Positions 11,227 to 21,500 of a stretch of 64,000 nucleotides of DNA are shown here, piece after piece. The translations under genes were made by a program, and so were the position numbers. The notes beneath the pieces were generated by a model that ran no database searches, was not told the DNA's origin, and was given only the letters and a program-made list of their open reading frames with translations. The first letter of the stretch is position 1; each line of letters begins with the position of its first letter. This stretch comes from an uncultured delta proteobacterium (GTDB lineage: Bacteria; Myxococcota_A; Polyangia; Polyangiales; B10-G4): assembly GCA_963727445.1 (NCBI GenBank), contig CAVSGI010000002.1:128001-192000 (forward strand), written 5' to 3'.

Positions 11227-11389
11227 CGCAGGCGATGGGGACGGTCTACACTTTTCAACTTTCGCCTCGGCCGCGCATGCCGATCGCAGGCGATGGGGAC
11301 GGTCTACACTTTTCAACTTTCGCCTCGGCCGCGCATGCCGATCGCACCCGGGCGTGCGTGGCGAAAGTTGAAAAGTGTAGACCGTCCCC
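11227..11389. repeat. REPIN/MITE-like element: two direct copies and one inverted copy of GGGGACGGTCTACACTTTTCAACTTTCGC
   Basis: Direct copies at 11237-11265 and 11295-11323 (part of an exact 58-bp tandem duplication); inverted copy at 11361-11389. Confidence 0.9.
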
Positions 11390-11716
11390 GTTAGGGTGTT
11401 GGGGCGAAGCCGCCGAAGCCCCATCACCAAAAATGATCGGCGCCCGACGAAGGCAGAATTGCACTCATCGGACGCCGACCAAGGGGTTCAGGGATTTGCT
11501 TGGCAGGGAGGTCGCGCGATCTCGACGCCGCGCTCGCTCTTGGTTCTTCATTGAGCATCCTTCGTGCCATCGAACACGGACGAAAAAGCGCAACGATGGC
11601 GTCGCTGCCCCCTCCCCGAGCGGCTTCTACAGCAGCCAATTCGGCAGTAGCCGTGGCTGCTGAAGCCGCCTCCACTGACGGACCGAGCTCGTCGAAGCCA
11701 TGGGGCCTCCGCCCGC

Positions 11717-12979
11717 TCAGCGCAGGCGCGCCTGGCGCAGCACGCGTGACAACCCGGGCCAGGAGCCGCTGAGGAGCAGCCCCACGCGGAAGAGGCGCGC
11801 GCCGAAGCGGATCGACATCCAGGTCGCGAGCCCCAGCGTGGCGAAGGCGCCCGCGATCTCCCACCACGGGAGCCCGCCGGGATCGAGCGCCATCCGCAGG
11901 ATCACCGTGAGCGGCGCGGTGAACGGGATCCAGGTGAAGAGCTCGGCGAGGATGCCGTGCGGTTCCTGCATCAAGACGGTGAGCATCAGCATCGGCAGCA
12001 GGCTGAGCAGCCCCCACACCAGCGTGAACTTCTGGCTCTCCGTGGAGCTGTTGCCGAGCGAGCCGGTGGCGAGCATCAGGCTGCCGACGAAGAGGTAGCC
12101 GACGATGAAGAAGGCCGGGGCCACCGCGATCGCGTCCCACGGCACCTCGACGGCGAGCTCCTCGAGGAGTCCCGCGAGGTAGAGGGCGCCCGCGATGAAG
12201 AGGCTCGACCACACCGCGAACTGCAAGAGCCCCGCAGCGCCCAGGCCGAGGAGCTTGCCCGTGAGGATCTCGTCGGGGTCGGCGCTCGAGAGCAGCACCT
12301 CGACCACCTTGTTCTCCTTTTCGACGGCGATCGCCTGCACCAGGTAGCCGGAGGTCGTCATCAACGCCATCAACAGAAGCGTGGCCAGCACCAGCGGGAC
12401 GAGCAGCCGCGCGATCACCTCGAGGCCGCGGTCGTCGACCTGTCGCTCGGCACCCGTCTGCACGATCTCGTGATGCTCGAGGGTCAGTGGATCCTGGATG
12501 CGCTCGGCGAGGGGGCGCGGCACCTGGCCGCTCTGGAGCAAGCGCTGGACGAGGAGTGTGCGCAAGGCGCGCTCGGAGGTGGCGGCGCCCACGTCGAAGG
12601 GAGGCCCGCCGGCGGGCTCGAAGACGATGACCACCCCGGTCTCCCGGTACTCGGGGGGGATGTCGAAGAAGCCCTCGATGGCCCCCGCGCTGAGCGCCTC
12701 GCGGGCCAGGTCGTGGCTGGGCAGGACGTGCAGCTCGAGGGTGTCGAGGGGGACGGCGCCCAGCTCGAGGTCCAGGACCTCCGCACGATCGACCACGCCC
12801 CAGCGCACGGTGCGGGTGACCTCCCGCGCCACCATCTGGCCCTGGAGCATGGCCGGGATGCCGGAGAGGAGCGCGAAGAAGAGCGGGAGCCCGAAGGTCA
12901 TCACCAGATACGAGATGCGCTTGACGGCGCTCACCAGCTCGAAGCGCGCGATGGCGCGGATTTTCCTCGGGCGGATCAC
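11717..12979 (-). CDS. ABC-2 type exporter permease (NatB/YhaP-like)
   Basis: AIAVEKENKVVEVLLSS..PDEILTGKLLGLG and WIPFTAP motifs; the GTG start overlaps the ATPase stop (GTGA). Confidence 0.9.
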   Translation of the reverse strand: MIRPRKIRAIARFELVSAVKRISYLVMTFGLPLFFALLSGIPAMLQGQMVAREVTRTVRWGVVDRAEVLDLELGAVPLDTLELHVLPSHDLAREALSAGAIEGFFDIPPEYRETGVVIVFEPAGGPPFDVGAATSERALRTLLVQRLLQSGQVPRPLAERIQDPLTLEHHEIVQTGAERQVDDRGLEVIARLLVPLVLATLLLMALMTTSGYLVQAIAVEKENKVVEVLLSSADPDEILTGKLLGLGAAGLLQFAVWSSLFIAGALYLAGLLEELAVEVPWDAIAVAPAFFIVGYLFVGSLMLATGSLGNSSTESQKFTLVWGLLSLLPMLMLTVLMQEPHGILAELFTWIPFTAPLTVILRMALDPGGLPWWEIAGAFATLGLATWMSIRFGARLFRVGLLLSGSWPGLSRVLRQARLR

Positions 12980-13878
12980 GCCGCCGCCCTCCCGACCACG
13001 TCCAAGAAGACCTGTTCGATGGGGGCGAGGACCTGCTCGAAGTGCACAACCTTCGCGCCCGCCGCGACGAGCGCCGCGAGGTAGTCCTCCGGCGGGACCT
13101 CGTCTTCGAGTCGGACGAGCCACGACCCGTCCGGTGTGAGCGACGCGCGAGCGGCGCCCGTCACTTCGGGTAGCGTGCCCTCGGCGAGACGGACGCGGGC
13201 CTCGGGATGCGAATGAACGCGTCGCACCTCCTGGGTGTCGCCGTAGACCACCAGCTCGCCCCGGTCGATCATCGCCACCCGATCACAGAGCGCCTCCACC
13301 TGGTTCATCAGGTGCGTCGACAAGATGGTGGCGAGACCGGCCTCGCGACGCTCCACCATGAGGTCCTTCACCAACTGCACGTTCACCGGATCGAGACCGG
13401 AGAAGGGCTCGTCCAGGACGCAGAGCTCGGGCTCGGTCATCAGCGTCGCCGCGATCTGCACCTTCTGGCTCATCCCCTTCGAGAGCCGGTCGACGCGCTC
13501 GCGGGCGTGGCTGGCGAGGCCGACCTTGTCGAGCCACCGCATGGCGCGTCCCTTCGCGTCGCGTCGCGACAGGCCCTTGAGCTCGGCAAAGTACGTGAGG
13601 ACCTCGATGACGCGCTGGCGGCGGTAGAGCCCACGCTCCTCCGGAAGATAGGAGACACGGTCCAGATCCTCGCGCTCCAGCGGGCGGCCGAAGAGGGTGA
13701 CGGTGCCGCTGTCGGCGCGGATGATGTCGAGGGCGATGCGAATCAGGGTGGTCTTGCCCGCGCCGTTCGGCCCGAGAAGCCCGAAGACCTCGCCGGAGCG
13801 GACCTCGAGGGTCACCCCCTTGAGCGCCTGGAACGACCCATACGATTTCTTCACGTCGTCGAAGGCGAGCTCGGCCAC
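12976..13878 (-). CDS. ABC transporter ATP-binding protein (NatA/YhaQ-like)
   Basis: Walker A GPNGAGKT, signature LSKGMSQK, Walker B LDEPFSGLD, STH switch. Confidence 0.95.
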   Translation of the reverse strand: MAELAFDDVKKSYGSFQALKGVTLEVRSGEVFGLLGPNGAGKTTLIRIALDIIRADSGTVTLFGRPLEREDLDRVSYLPEERGLYRRQRVIEVLTYFAELKGLSRRDAKGRAMRWLDKVGLASHARERVDRLSKGMSQKVQIAATLMTEPELCVLDEPFSGLDPVNVQLVKDLMVERREAGLATILSTHLMNQVEALCDRVAMIDRGELVVYGDTQEVRRVHSHPEARVRLAEGTLPEVTGAARASLTPDGSWLVRLEDEVPPEDYLAALVAAGAKVVHFEQVLAPIEQVFLDVVGRAAA

Positions 13879-13977
13879 GAAAACCGCCTGATTCTAGTCG
13901 GCCCGGCCCGAGAATACGACGTCCGCACGACCTTTGTCGTATCCTCGCCGACGCCCCCGGGGCATCTCACGGACCAG

Positions 13978-15184
13978 ATGCGCTATCTCTTCGCGGATTC
14001 GGAGCCGTTCCCGCTCGAATACGATTTCCTGGCCACGCTCAGGGGATTTCTCGAGTGCGGGGCCACCTGCCTGGGTGCGGTGGCGGCCATCGACGCCCAG
14101 GAGACGCGCGTTCGGGTCGAGAGGGCCAAAGCCGAGAAGTATCAGGCCGCCCTCGACCGCTTCGAGACCGATGCGATGAGCGGCCTGGCGGCGGCGCGCT
14201 CGGCGAGCACCCTCAGCGAGGCGATCACCAGCGCCGCCGATCAGTCGGTGGCGTCGGTGCGGGGGATCGTCGCGAGCGCCAAGCAATCGGTGGAGGACGA
14301 GCTCCGGGGGGTCGAGCGGACGGCGCGGAGCCGCATCGACGGCCAGGGCGAGACGATTCGCCACGCCCTGCAGCGCTTCCTCCTGAAGGAGCGGCTGGAG
14401 GTGGAGGACACCTTCTTCGAGCTGGTCCTCGAAAACGAGGGGTACCTGGTCTCCGCCACCTGCCGGATGCCGGAGGGGCTGACGGTCCAGTATCACCTCG
14501 ACGCGCGTCGTCGCTCCGAATGGCGGAAGGCGCGCAAGATCAGCGAGATCGTCGGCGAGCTCGAGCTGCAGATCGGAATGAAGAAGAAGCTCTTCGGCAA
14601 GCAGCTCACCCCCGACATCGTGAAGGTGGGCGACTGGTCGGTGGTGGCGGCCACGCTGGGGACGACCCGCGCATCGATCACGCTGCGCAAACGGCCGGAC
14701 AGCGACAAGGACACGACCATCCTCTCGCTGCGGCGCACCGCGCAAGGCGTCGCGGGGGACGTGCGCAAGGGCGTCGAGCGGGGACAGGAGCGCGAGTCGT
14801 CCATTCCCACCGCCGTCGAGGACGCCGGCAAGCTGGCCGAGCTCTGGGACGCCCTCGACCGCGAGTGCCTCGGCACCCTCGCCCACCGCGAGTCGGTCGG
14901 CGACATCCGTCTCGACGGAGAGGACGTGCTCGAGGGCCGCCAGGTGGTCGAGTTCCTCAAGCGTTACGTCGACATGTACAAGCCGATCGTCACGGAGATC
15001 GCGCAGCGCAGCCCCAGCGCGAAGGAGCTCTCGCTGAAGATCGAGCACGACGACGGTCACCGCGAGGAGATTCTATCTGCGCCGCGAGGAGCTCGCCGAC
15101 GTGGTCGCCCCCCTCGGCGACGAAGAGATGAAGGTCTTCGCCCCGCTGGACTTCTTTCCCGAGATCGACATCGAGCTGCTCTAG
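13978..15184 (+). CDS. Hypothetical protein with N-terminal coiled coil; +1 frameshift near 15070
   Basis: Strong coding bias from ATG 13978; removing one A at ~15070 gives ...HREEFYLRREELADVVAPLG...IELL* ending at TAG 15184. Confidence 0.7.
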
Positions 15185-15230
15185 GCGGGCACGGGAGCAA
15201 CTGCTCGGCGCGGGGGTCGATAAGGGCCCC

Positions 15231-15671
15231 ATGAAGACCCATCCCCACACCCTCCCTCTGCCCTTCCCCACACCGGAAGAGCGTCGCCGCGGGCGCATCG
15301 CAGGCAAGATCGCGCGCGACTTCGTCGCCTCCGGTCACGCGCGCGGGGTCGATCCCCACGTCGCGAGCCTCGCCGCCCATGCCTTCGTCGAACGCCACCT
15401 CGAAGCCGGCGGCGACGAGCGCTCCTTCGCCTGCTTCGACGTCCCGGGGTTCGCCGCGTGGCTCCCCGAGGAAGCCCTCCTTCATCCGGAGCTCCTGCCC
15501 GCGCTTGTCGAAGCCTGGCTCGGCCTCACCCATTTCCTCGTCGAAGACGAACGCCTCGACGAGATCAGCGGCGCACGCCTGCGTCGCGAGCTGCACCTGG
15601 CGGAGCCGGGGCTGGTCGCAGCCCTGGCCGATCGCTACGCGTTTCTCGTGAGCACCCTCGAAGGCGCCTGA
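15231..15671 (+). CDS. Hypothetical protein
   Basis: 146-aa ORF with plausible codon bias and helical character; no recognised motif. Confidence 0.55.
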   Translation: MKTHPHTLPLPFPTPEERRRGRIAGKIARDFVASGHARGVDPHVASLAAHAFVERHLEAGGDERSFACFDVPGFAAWLPEEALLHPELLPALVEAWLGLTHFLVEDERLDEISGARLRRELHLAEPGLVAALADRYAFLVSTLEGA

Positions 15672-15749
15672 AGCGAAGACGGCGAAGACGGCCGCACCCA
15701 CGACAGACGACCGGCCCGGGCGCGAACGCGCCCGGACCGGCTCTCTCAC

Positions 15750-16275
15750 TCAACGCGCGGGCGCGAGCCGCGCTTCGATGGCCGCCGCAGTGAGACGACG
15801 CCACGCCTCGCGATCTGCCGGCGCGATCCAATCCCGACCGATGCGCGACCAGTCGGGATCCTCCGGGTCGAGCCCCAGATGCTCGATGTACGGCGGCTCG
15901 ACGATCAGAAACTGTCGCCGGTACCCGAGGAGGTACCCGCCGTGCTCACGCCGGATGTCGCGCGCCTCCTCGTAGGACGCGCTCCAGACGTTCCAGTACG
16001 CCCCGCCGTGCTCGCGGTGCATGAGCTCACCGCGGTCCGGCTCGTCCTCGCCCGCGAGGACGGCCCGCGCATGCGGCCATCCCCGAAAGCCGGCCGCGCG
16101 CGCGAGCGCCGCGAGACAATGACGTCTCTTCACCGACGACGCGACGGCCGCTTCGTCGAGCCCCGCGAGCTCCTCGAGCCCGCGCAAGCGTCCGAATCGC
16201 CGCCGCGTCCCCGCTACGCGCGCGCTTGTGCATGAGGCGCGCGCGCGCCTTCATATCTTTGACGAGATCCACCAT
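15750..16275 (-). CDS. Hypothetical protein with N-terminal K.RAR...HCL..LAR..GF..W module; +1 frameshift near 16191
   Basis: GGAG RBS then ATG 16275 (MVDLVKDMKARARLMHKR); removing one base at ~16191 joins it to RLRGLEEL...HCLAALARAAGFRGWPHA...YLLGYRRQF...LGLDPEDPDW. Confidence 0.7.
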
Positions 16276-16435
16276 GGCTGCTCCAATCCCGGCCGGCTCC
16301 CGCTCCCTGAGGCCGAGGGGCAAACGCATGTGGCGAAGTCCCCATCGAATCGATTCGTCTCAGGCCCTGGAAGACCGTCGCGGGGTGAGGTGTCTTTCGG
16401 CGGAGAGGCGCCCCCGAGCACCTCGAAGGCGCACC
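16276..16435 (-). ncRNA. Candidate structured cis-regulatory leader RNA
   Basis: Non-coding ~160 nt between a TTGCCT -35-like box (16455-16460) and the ATG, with several complementary segments (see findings). Not a family I can name. Confidence 0.4.
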
Positions 16436-16642
16436 ATGAGCATCCTGGAAGCGGAGGCAAGGGCGAAAAGTCGTATGTCGATACGGCAGATAGGTCGATC
16501 GAATATTGATCGAGGGAACGACTAGCTGCGCGTCACTCCGTTACTAAGAGAGTCTCGTTGCGCGCTCCCACTCGTGTAGTAATGACTTCACATCCCAAAA
16601 TACGGTGCGGTCCCGGGGGGCCCCCAACAAGCACTCATCTCC

Positions 16643-17773
16643 ATGAAATTCCGAACGTTTCGAACCCTGCTGCTCGTGTGGCTCTCCCTCCTTCTCTTCG
16701 CTTGTCAGACGCTGCAGGCCGAAGATGAGGAGGAGGCCCATCACCCGATCGTGCTCACCAGCCCGGCGGTGCAGGACGTCCCCACGAGCAAGGGCTACGT
16801 CTGCCTGGTCCACTCGCGCCGGCACATCGAGCTCCGTGCCCTGGACGCTGGGTACCTGTTGGAGATCCCGGTTCAGGAGGGTCAAACCGTGCAGGAGGGC
16901 CAGCGGCTCTTCAAGCTCCTGCCCGTCGTCTACCGAGCTCGGCTGGACGCTGACAGGGCCGAGCTCCACCTCGCCGAGATCCGCCTCCGGAACACCCAGC
17001 AGCTCTTCGAGCAGAACGTGGTCTCCGATCAGGAGGTCGCGCTGGCGCGGGCCGAGCGAGACCGGGCGAAGGCGAAGGTGGATCTCGCTGCGGCCGAGTT
17101 CGGTTTCACGAACATCATCGCCCCCTTCGACGGGATCATCGACCGCCAGTACGTGCAGCAGGGGAGCCTCGTCGAAGAAGGGGACATGCTCACGACGATC
17201 TCCGACAACAGCGTGATGTGGGTCTACTTCAACGTTCCCGAGGCCGACTACCTCCATTTCAAGTCGATCCCGAACGCGCACGATCCGGAGAACCCCCAGC
17301 AGCTCCACCTCCCTGGTGCGACCATCCAGCTCCGACTGGCGAACGGCGAGATCTTCGACCACGACGCCGGCGACACCCTCACGATCGAGTCCGACTTCGA
17401 CAACGAGACGGGCAACATCAAGTTCCGCGCGGACTTCCCGAATCCCGAGCTCCTGCTGCGTTACGGTCAGACTGGCACGCTACTGATCAACGAAACGCTG
17501 CACGACGCGCTGGTCATCCCACAGCGGGCGACCTTCGAGATTCTCGACAGGCAGTACGTCTACGTCGTCGGTGACGACGGCGTAGCGCACCAGCGCGAGA
17601 TTACCGTCGCGCACGAGTTGGACGATGTCTTCGTCATCGGCGAAGGGTTGGATGCCGACGACAAGTTCGTCCTCGAGGGAGTCCGTCAGGTGCGCGAGGG
17701 GGAGCACCTGGAGAACGCCGAGCTCCGCACTCCGGAGGAAGCTCTGAGCGACCTGAAATACCACGCCGAATAG
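16643..17773 (+). CDS. RND efflux periplasmic adaptor (MFP) lipoprotein
   Basis: Lipobox LLFAC; lipoyl-like VQEGQTVQEGQ, IIAPFDGII, ETGNIKFRADFPNP and LVIPQRA motifs. Confidence 0.93.
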   Translation: MKFRTFRTLLLVWLSLLLFACQTLQAEDEEEAHHPIVLTSPAVQDVPTSKGYVCLVHSRRHIELRALDAGYLLEIPVQEGQTVQEGQRLFKLLPVVYRARLDADRAELHLAEIRLRNTQQLFEQNVVSDQEVALARAERDRAKAKVDLAAAEFGFTNIIAPFDGIIDRQYVQQGSLVEEGDMLTTISDNSVMWVYFNVPEADYLHFKSIPNAHDPENPQQLHLPGATIQLRLANGEIFDHDAGDTLTIESDFDNETGNIKFRADFPNPELLLRYGQTGTLLINETLHDALVIPQRATFEILDRQYVYVVGDDGVAHQREITVAHELDDVFVIGEGLDADDKFVLEGVRQVREGEHLENAELRTPEEALSDLKYHAE

Positions 17774-17823
17774 TTGAATAAGCGACACGGCGTGTTGTTT
17801 GGGGCCCGCTCCATCGGTCCACC

Positions 17824-20800
17824 ATGTTCACGAAGATCCTTCACCGGCCAGCTCTCGCCCTAGTCCTCTCGATCATCGTCGTATTCCTCGGTGGCCTGGG
17901 GATCACGACCCTTCCGATCGCCCAGTTCCCCAGCGTCGCGCCGCCGACCGTGTACGTGTCCATCGCGTATCCGGGCGCCAGCGCCAAGGTCCTGGTCAAC
18001 TCCGTCCTGATCCCGCTCGAGCAGTCGATCAACGGCGTCCAGAACATGCGCTACATGGTCTCCTCTGCCACGAGCGCAGGTGAGGCGACGATCATCATCT
18101 ACTTCGAGCCGGGCACGGACCCGAGCATCAACGTCGTCAACGTGCAGAACCGCGTGAACATCATGCGGAGCCGCTTGCCTCCACTGGTGGTGCGTGAAGG
18201 CATCCTGGTCAGCAAGGTCGTGCCGAGCATGTTGATGTACTTGAACCTGTACAGCACGGACCCGAACACCGACCAGAAGGACTTATTCAACTACGCCAAC
18301 GTCTACGTCATGCCCGTGATCAAACGTATCCAGGGCATGGGGATCCCGCGAAATCTCGGCAACCGAAATTTCGCGATGCGCATCTGGTTGAATCCCGACC
18401 GCATGCGGGCCTACGACGTCTCCGTCGACGACGTCATGGAGGCCGTGGCGGAACAGAGCATCATCGGCTCGCCCGGCCGCCTCGGTCAGGCCACGGGCAT
18501 GACCTCGCAGTCGAAGGAGTACGTGCTCACCTACATCGGCCGCTACAACGAGCCGGAGCAGTACGCGAACATCATCCTGAAGGCCAAGCCGAACGGGGAG
18601 ATCCTGCGCCTCCGAGACGTCTGCGTGCCTCCCCCGAGGCCCGAGGGCGCGGGCGAGATGCACGAGCAGCACGAGGGCGTCGAGCTCGGCTCGGAGTTCT
18701 TCGACCTCTACTCCGACGTCAACGGCTATCCCGCGGCCTCCATGGTCCTCAAGCAGGCGCCCGGTTCCAACGCGGCCGAGATCATCGACCAGGTCAAGGA
18801 GACGCTCGAGGAGCTGAAGCAGTCGTTCCCCCCGGGGATGGACTACGAGATCGCCTACGACGTCTCCCGCTTCGTCGACGCCTCCATCGAGCAGGTGCTG
18901 CACACCCTGCTCGAGGCGTTCATCCTGGTGTCGCTCGTCGTCTACATGTTCCTGGGCGACCTGCGCTCCACGCTCATCCCGACGCTCGCGGTGCCGGTGT
19001 CCCTCATCGGCAGCTTCTTCATCCTGCAGTTGATGGGCTTCTCCATCAACCTGATCACCCTCTTCGCGATGGTCCTGGCCATCGGCGTCGTCGTCGACGA
19101 CGCGATCGTCGTCGTCGAAGCCGTCCACGCCAAGATGGCGGAGACGCACTTATCTCCCTATCGCGCGACCATGGAGGTCCTTCACGAGATCAGCGGCGCG
19201 ATCATCGCGATCACGCTGGTGATGACCTCGGTGTTCGTCCCCATCACCTTCGTCCCCGGCCCGGTCGGCGTCTTCTACCGCCAGTTCGGCGTCACCATGG
19301 CCTCGACGATCATCCTCTCCGGCATCGTCGCCCTCACGCTCACGCCGGTGCTCTGCGCGATGATCCTCAAGCCGCACAGCGCGAGCCACGGGCACGAAGA
19401 GAAGAAGAGCATTCGCGACCGGCTCACGGGGCTGGGCGCCAAGACCCTCGTCATCTACGCCCTCGTGGGGCTGCCGGTCCTGGCCGGACTCGTCTACATC
19501 GCCTACGAGCTCTGGGGGCCCATCGGCTTCTTGCTGATCCTCGTGCCCTTCGTGCAGGGGCCCTTCAGCCGCGGCGTCGACAAGGTCACCAACTGGTACG
19601 CGGGCGGGATCCTGCAGGCCCATCGTCACCCGCCGGCTCCTGACCATCGGTGTGATCGCGGCTTTCGCGGTCGGCATCGTCGCCACGAACTCGATCCTGC
19701 CGAGCGGTTTCATCCCCGGCGAGGACCAGGGCATCATCTACGCCGTTCTACAGACGCCTCCCGGCTCGACCCTCGAGTACACGAACGCCAAGTCTCAGGA
19801 GCTCGAGCGGATCGCCAAGGAGATCGACGGCGTCACCAGCGTCACCTCGGTGGCGGGATACGAGGTTCTGACCGAGGGGCGCGGCTCGAACGCGGGCACC
19901 GCCATCATCAACCTGGAAGACTGGTCCGAGCGCGACGTCACTGCGAAGGAGATCATCGAGGAGCTCGAAGAGCGAACGCGAGAGATGACCAACATCAAGC
20001 TCGAGTTCTTCGAACCGCCGGCGATCCCCGGGTTCGGCGCGGCGGGCGGTCTCTCCTTGCGCGTGCTCGACCAGACCCAGTCGAGCACGGCCGACTACCA
20101 GCGGCTCGGAGAGATCACCGAGGAGTTCATGGCCGAGCTGCGCGAGCGCGAAGAGGTGGGCAGCCTGTTCACCTTCTACGCCGCCGACTACCCGCAGTAC
20201 GAGCTGATCATCAACAACGATGTGGCCATGCAGAAGGGTGTGTCGATCGAGCGGGCCCTGAACAATCTCAACATCCTCATCGGCAGCACGTACGAGCAGG
20301 GCTTCATCCGCTTCAACAAGTTCTACAAGGTCTACGTCCAGGCGTGGCCTGAGTTCCGGCGAATGCCCGAGGACCTCGACAACCTGTTCATCCCCAACGA
20401 GGCCGGGGAGATGGTGCCCTACTCGTCCTTCATGGAGATCCACAAGACGCAGGGCCTGAACGAGATCACCCGCTACAATCTCTACCCCTCTGCCGCCATC
20501 CAGCTCGTTCCGGCTGCCGGCTTCTCGACCGGTCAGGCCATCGATGCGGTGCGCGAGGTTGCCGAGGCGACGCTGCCTCGCGGATACGCGCTCGGCTGGG
20601 AGGGTCTGTCCTGGGACGAGTCGAGGAAGGGCAACGCCGCCCTCTACATCTTCCTGGTCGTCGTCGTGTTCGTGTACCTGGTGCTCGTCGCCCAGTACGA
20701 GAGCTTCCTGATCCCGCTGGCCGTCGTCCTGTCGCTGCCGGTCGGGATCTTCGGCTCGTTCTTCTTCCTACAAATGGTGGGATTGGCCAACGACGTCTGG

Positions 20801-21265
20801 GCCCAGTTAGGTCTGATCATGTTGGTCGGCCTCTTGGGGAAGAACGCGATCCTGATCGTGGAATTCGCGGTCCAGCGGCGAAACGAAGGCGCCTCCCTCA
20901 AGGACGCGGCCATCGAGGGCGGCAGACTCCGCTTCCGGCCCATCCAGATGACCTCCTTCGCCTTCGTCGCCGGTCTGATCCCGCTCGTCATCGCCCACGG
21001 CGCAGGCGCCATCGGCAACCGCACCATCGGCGTCACCGGCGTCGGCGGCATGCTCCTCGGCACCGTGATCGGCGTCATCGCCATCCCCGGCCTCTACTAC
21101 CTCTTCGCTCGCATCTCCGACGGGCGCGAGCTGCTGCGCGACGAAACGGAAGTGCCGCTCAGCGAGCAACCCGAAGAGCATTCCGAGATCCACGCGGTCG
21201 AGGACGGCGAACACGCGTCGCTTCACGAGCCACCGCTGGATTCCGAGCCACCCGAAGACACGTAG
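17824..21265 (+). CDS. HAE1-family RND permease, copy 1; +1 frameshift near 19614
   Basis: LPIAQFPSVAPP, AIGVVVDDAIVVVE, KNAILIVEFA and RFRPIQMTS motifs; alignment with copy 2 (GGGATCCTCAGGCCC vs GGGATCCTGCAGGCCC) locates the extra base. Confidence 0.92.
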
Positions 21266-21289
21266 CGCCACGGCCGAGGCGCAGGCTCA

Positions 21290-21458
21290 GCGACGCCCCT
21301 CGCCTCCGTGCGCATACTCACGCGCTCCACTCATGGGCGGCGTGGCGGAATTGGCAGATGTGCGCGACTCGGGGTCGCCCGCCGGACTCTTCCACGCCCC
21401 GCAAGCACGCCGACCTCCACCGGGTCGCTTTGTAGGCGAGCGTCCTTCGTGGTAGCGC
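21290..21458 (+). pseudogene. Decayed copy of the tRNA-Leu locus (upstream promoter, 5' two-thirds of the tRNA, downstream promoter)
   Basis: 21336-21396 aligns with tRNA 26988-27048 (GTGGCGGAATTGGCAGA exact); T-arm and 3' acceptor strand absent; flanks match 26941-26987 and 27105-27133. Confidence 0.85.
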
Positions 21459-21500
21459 CTCGAACGCACGACGTGATTGTATCGATCGAGCGATCGACCC

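Noticed and set aside
11237..11389. CRISPR array (29-bp repeats with 29-37 bp gaps)
   Set aside because: The third copy is inverted, the first two spacers begin with the same sequence (a tandem duplication), and there are no cas genes.
11628..11702. 24-aa ORF (MASTSSVRQW...) on the minus strand with a GGAGG RBS after the ABC permease
   Set aside because: Atypical codon usage and no recognisable motif; cannot be supported from sequence alone.
19600..19660. Programmed frameshift or naturally split RND permease
   Set aside because: There is no slippery sequence; a single extra base relative to copy 2 explains it, matching the window-wide indel pattern.
21336..21420. Functional tRNA with CGG anticodon
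   Set aside because: No T-arm, no pairing 3' acceptor strand and no CCA; recorded as a pseudogene remnant.
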